A stretch of DNA of 64,000 bases, from assembly GCA_000708835.1 (NCBI GenBank), contig DF237301.1, forward strand, positions 32,790-96,789, read 5' to 3'. Both the position numbers and the translations under genes were made by a program. The notes under the pieces were generated by a model. It saw only the letters and a program-made list of their open reading frames with translations, had not been told where the DNA came from and did not search any database. Shown here piece by piece: positions 63,066 through 64,000 of this stretch. This DNA is from Klebsormidium nitens (Eukaryota; Plantae; Klebsormidiophyceae). Numbering within the stretch: the stretch's first letter is position 1; each line of letters begins with the position of its first letter.

Positions 63066-63787
63066 AAAAATCAACCCAAGCTGATATGCTGTCCCCATGC
63101 TGTCAATGCTGGATTCACTCTCCACTAGGTAGTATATATAAGCTCATTGTGAGTGACTCCCGGGGTGACTCCTCAAGCTGCGCAACGTCTCACCTCACAT
63201 GCAAGCCTCGTTATGGATCAAAAGGGTATGCTTGTGTCATTGCAGCTCGCCCACTGAAGATTGCCGGTGTTGCTAGAGCGCCCATTTTGTTATGCGGGGA
63301 AACCTTTGCCCTGAACTTCACCTCAGAGCCCCCGGAGTTGTGCGACTGTAGCAGTTGGGTGCATAGCTTATGGGTGTTAGGGCCGAACCGGGCACTTTCT
63401 GTGCATTTCAGCTGAATCACACATCGACGGCCCTCGGCTAAACCCTGCCCATCGGACGGCGTTGAGAGTTGGGTGGGATTTGAGCCTCGCGCCGCCCCCG
63501 GTTGGCGCGGCGCAGGGCGCGCCTGAGAGCCGCGGTCGCAACCTTCACGCGCGCGCTCCGAGTGCCGCCTAAACCCCACCAGGCAATGCACTGCGCTTAT
63601 TCCAGATAAGACTTATTCTTTGTTATATCCTGACGCGACGAATCTTTGGATCCTGACCATCCTGCAGGCTCGAGGTAGTCTCTAGATCCAAAGAGGAAAC
63701 ACACAGACTGCACACAAATGTCAGGGCCAAAGTCCTCGGTCGAAGAAAGTAATGCGAGTGAGGAGACGTAAGGGAGACAGTCAGAGC

Positions 63788-64000
63788 GGGGTCAAGGAGA
63801 ATCGGTAATTTCAGGACCGGGGCCGGGGACGCTGTTGGAAGCGGTGACGTGGCGAGGTTTAGGGTTTTGACCGGGGCCTTCCTATTCATGATTGGCCGAA
63901 TGGAGCCTAGCCCAGGATTTTGCCACTAAACCTCGCCACGTCAGCCTTTCCAACAGCGTCCCCGGCCCCGGTCCTGAAATTACCGATTCTCCTTGACCCC
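63788..64000. mobile_element. MITE-like element with long terminal inverted repeats (may run past the window end)
   Basis: 63788-63840 is the perfect 53-bp reverse complement of 63948-64000. A further 18-bp match TGACGTGGCGAGGTTTAG lies inside, and the spacer is ~65 bp. Confidence 0.8.

Overview
Eukaryotic, intron-rich nuclear DNA with GT-AG splicing. The plant-type FBL15/SLOMO and GEM-like GRAM genes plus a Crinkler gene suggest a streptophyte alga, Klebsormidium-like (inference from gene content). I assembled nine spliced protein-coding genes by hand, checking splice sites and phase. In order: partial FAD monooxygenase (-), PAP2 lipid phosphatase (+), STI1-domain protein (-), F-box/LRR FBL15 (+), GRAM-domain protein with a long hydrophilic N-terminus (+), ~2000-aa Ser/Arg-rich coiled-coil protein (-), secreted T4-lysozyme-like (GH24) protein (-), orphan Pro/Ser-rich 9-exon gene (+), and a Crinkler-type REase+kinase (-). 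The right 13 kb looks like an accessory island. Its most unusual feature is a ~95-bp dyad-containing repeat (~20 copies) that fills most introns of the orphan gene and recurs, inverted, just upstream of the Crinkler gene. Other recurrent features are ~90-150-bp tandem duplications that span splice junctions, two inverted-repeat (MITE/foldback-like) elements and two assembly gaps (25163-25379, 49839-50408). No rRNA, tRNA or CRISPR-Cas locus was recognised.
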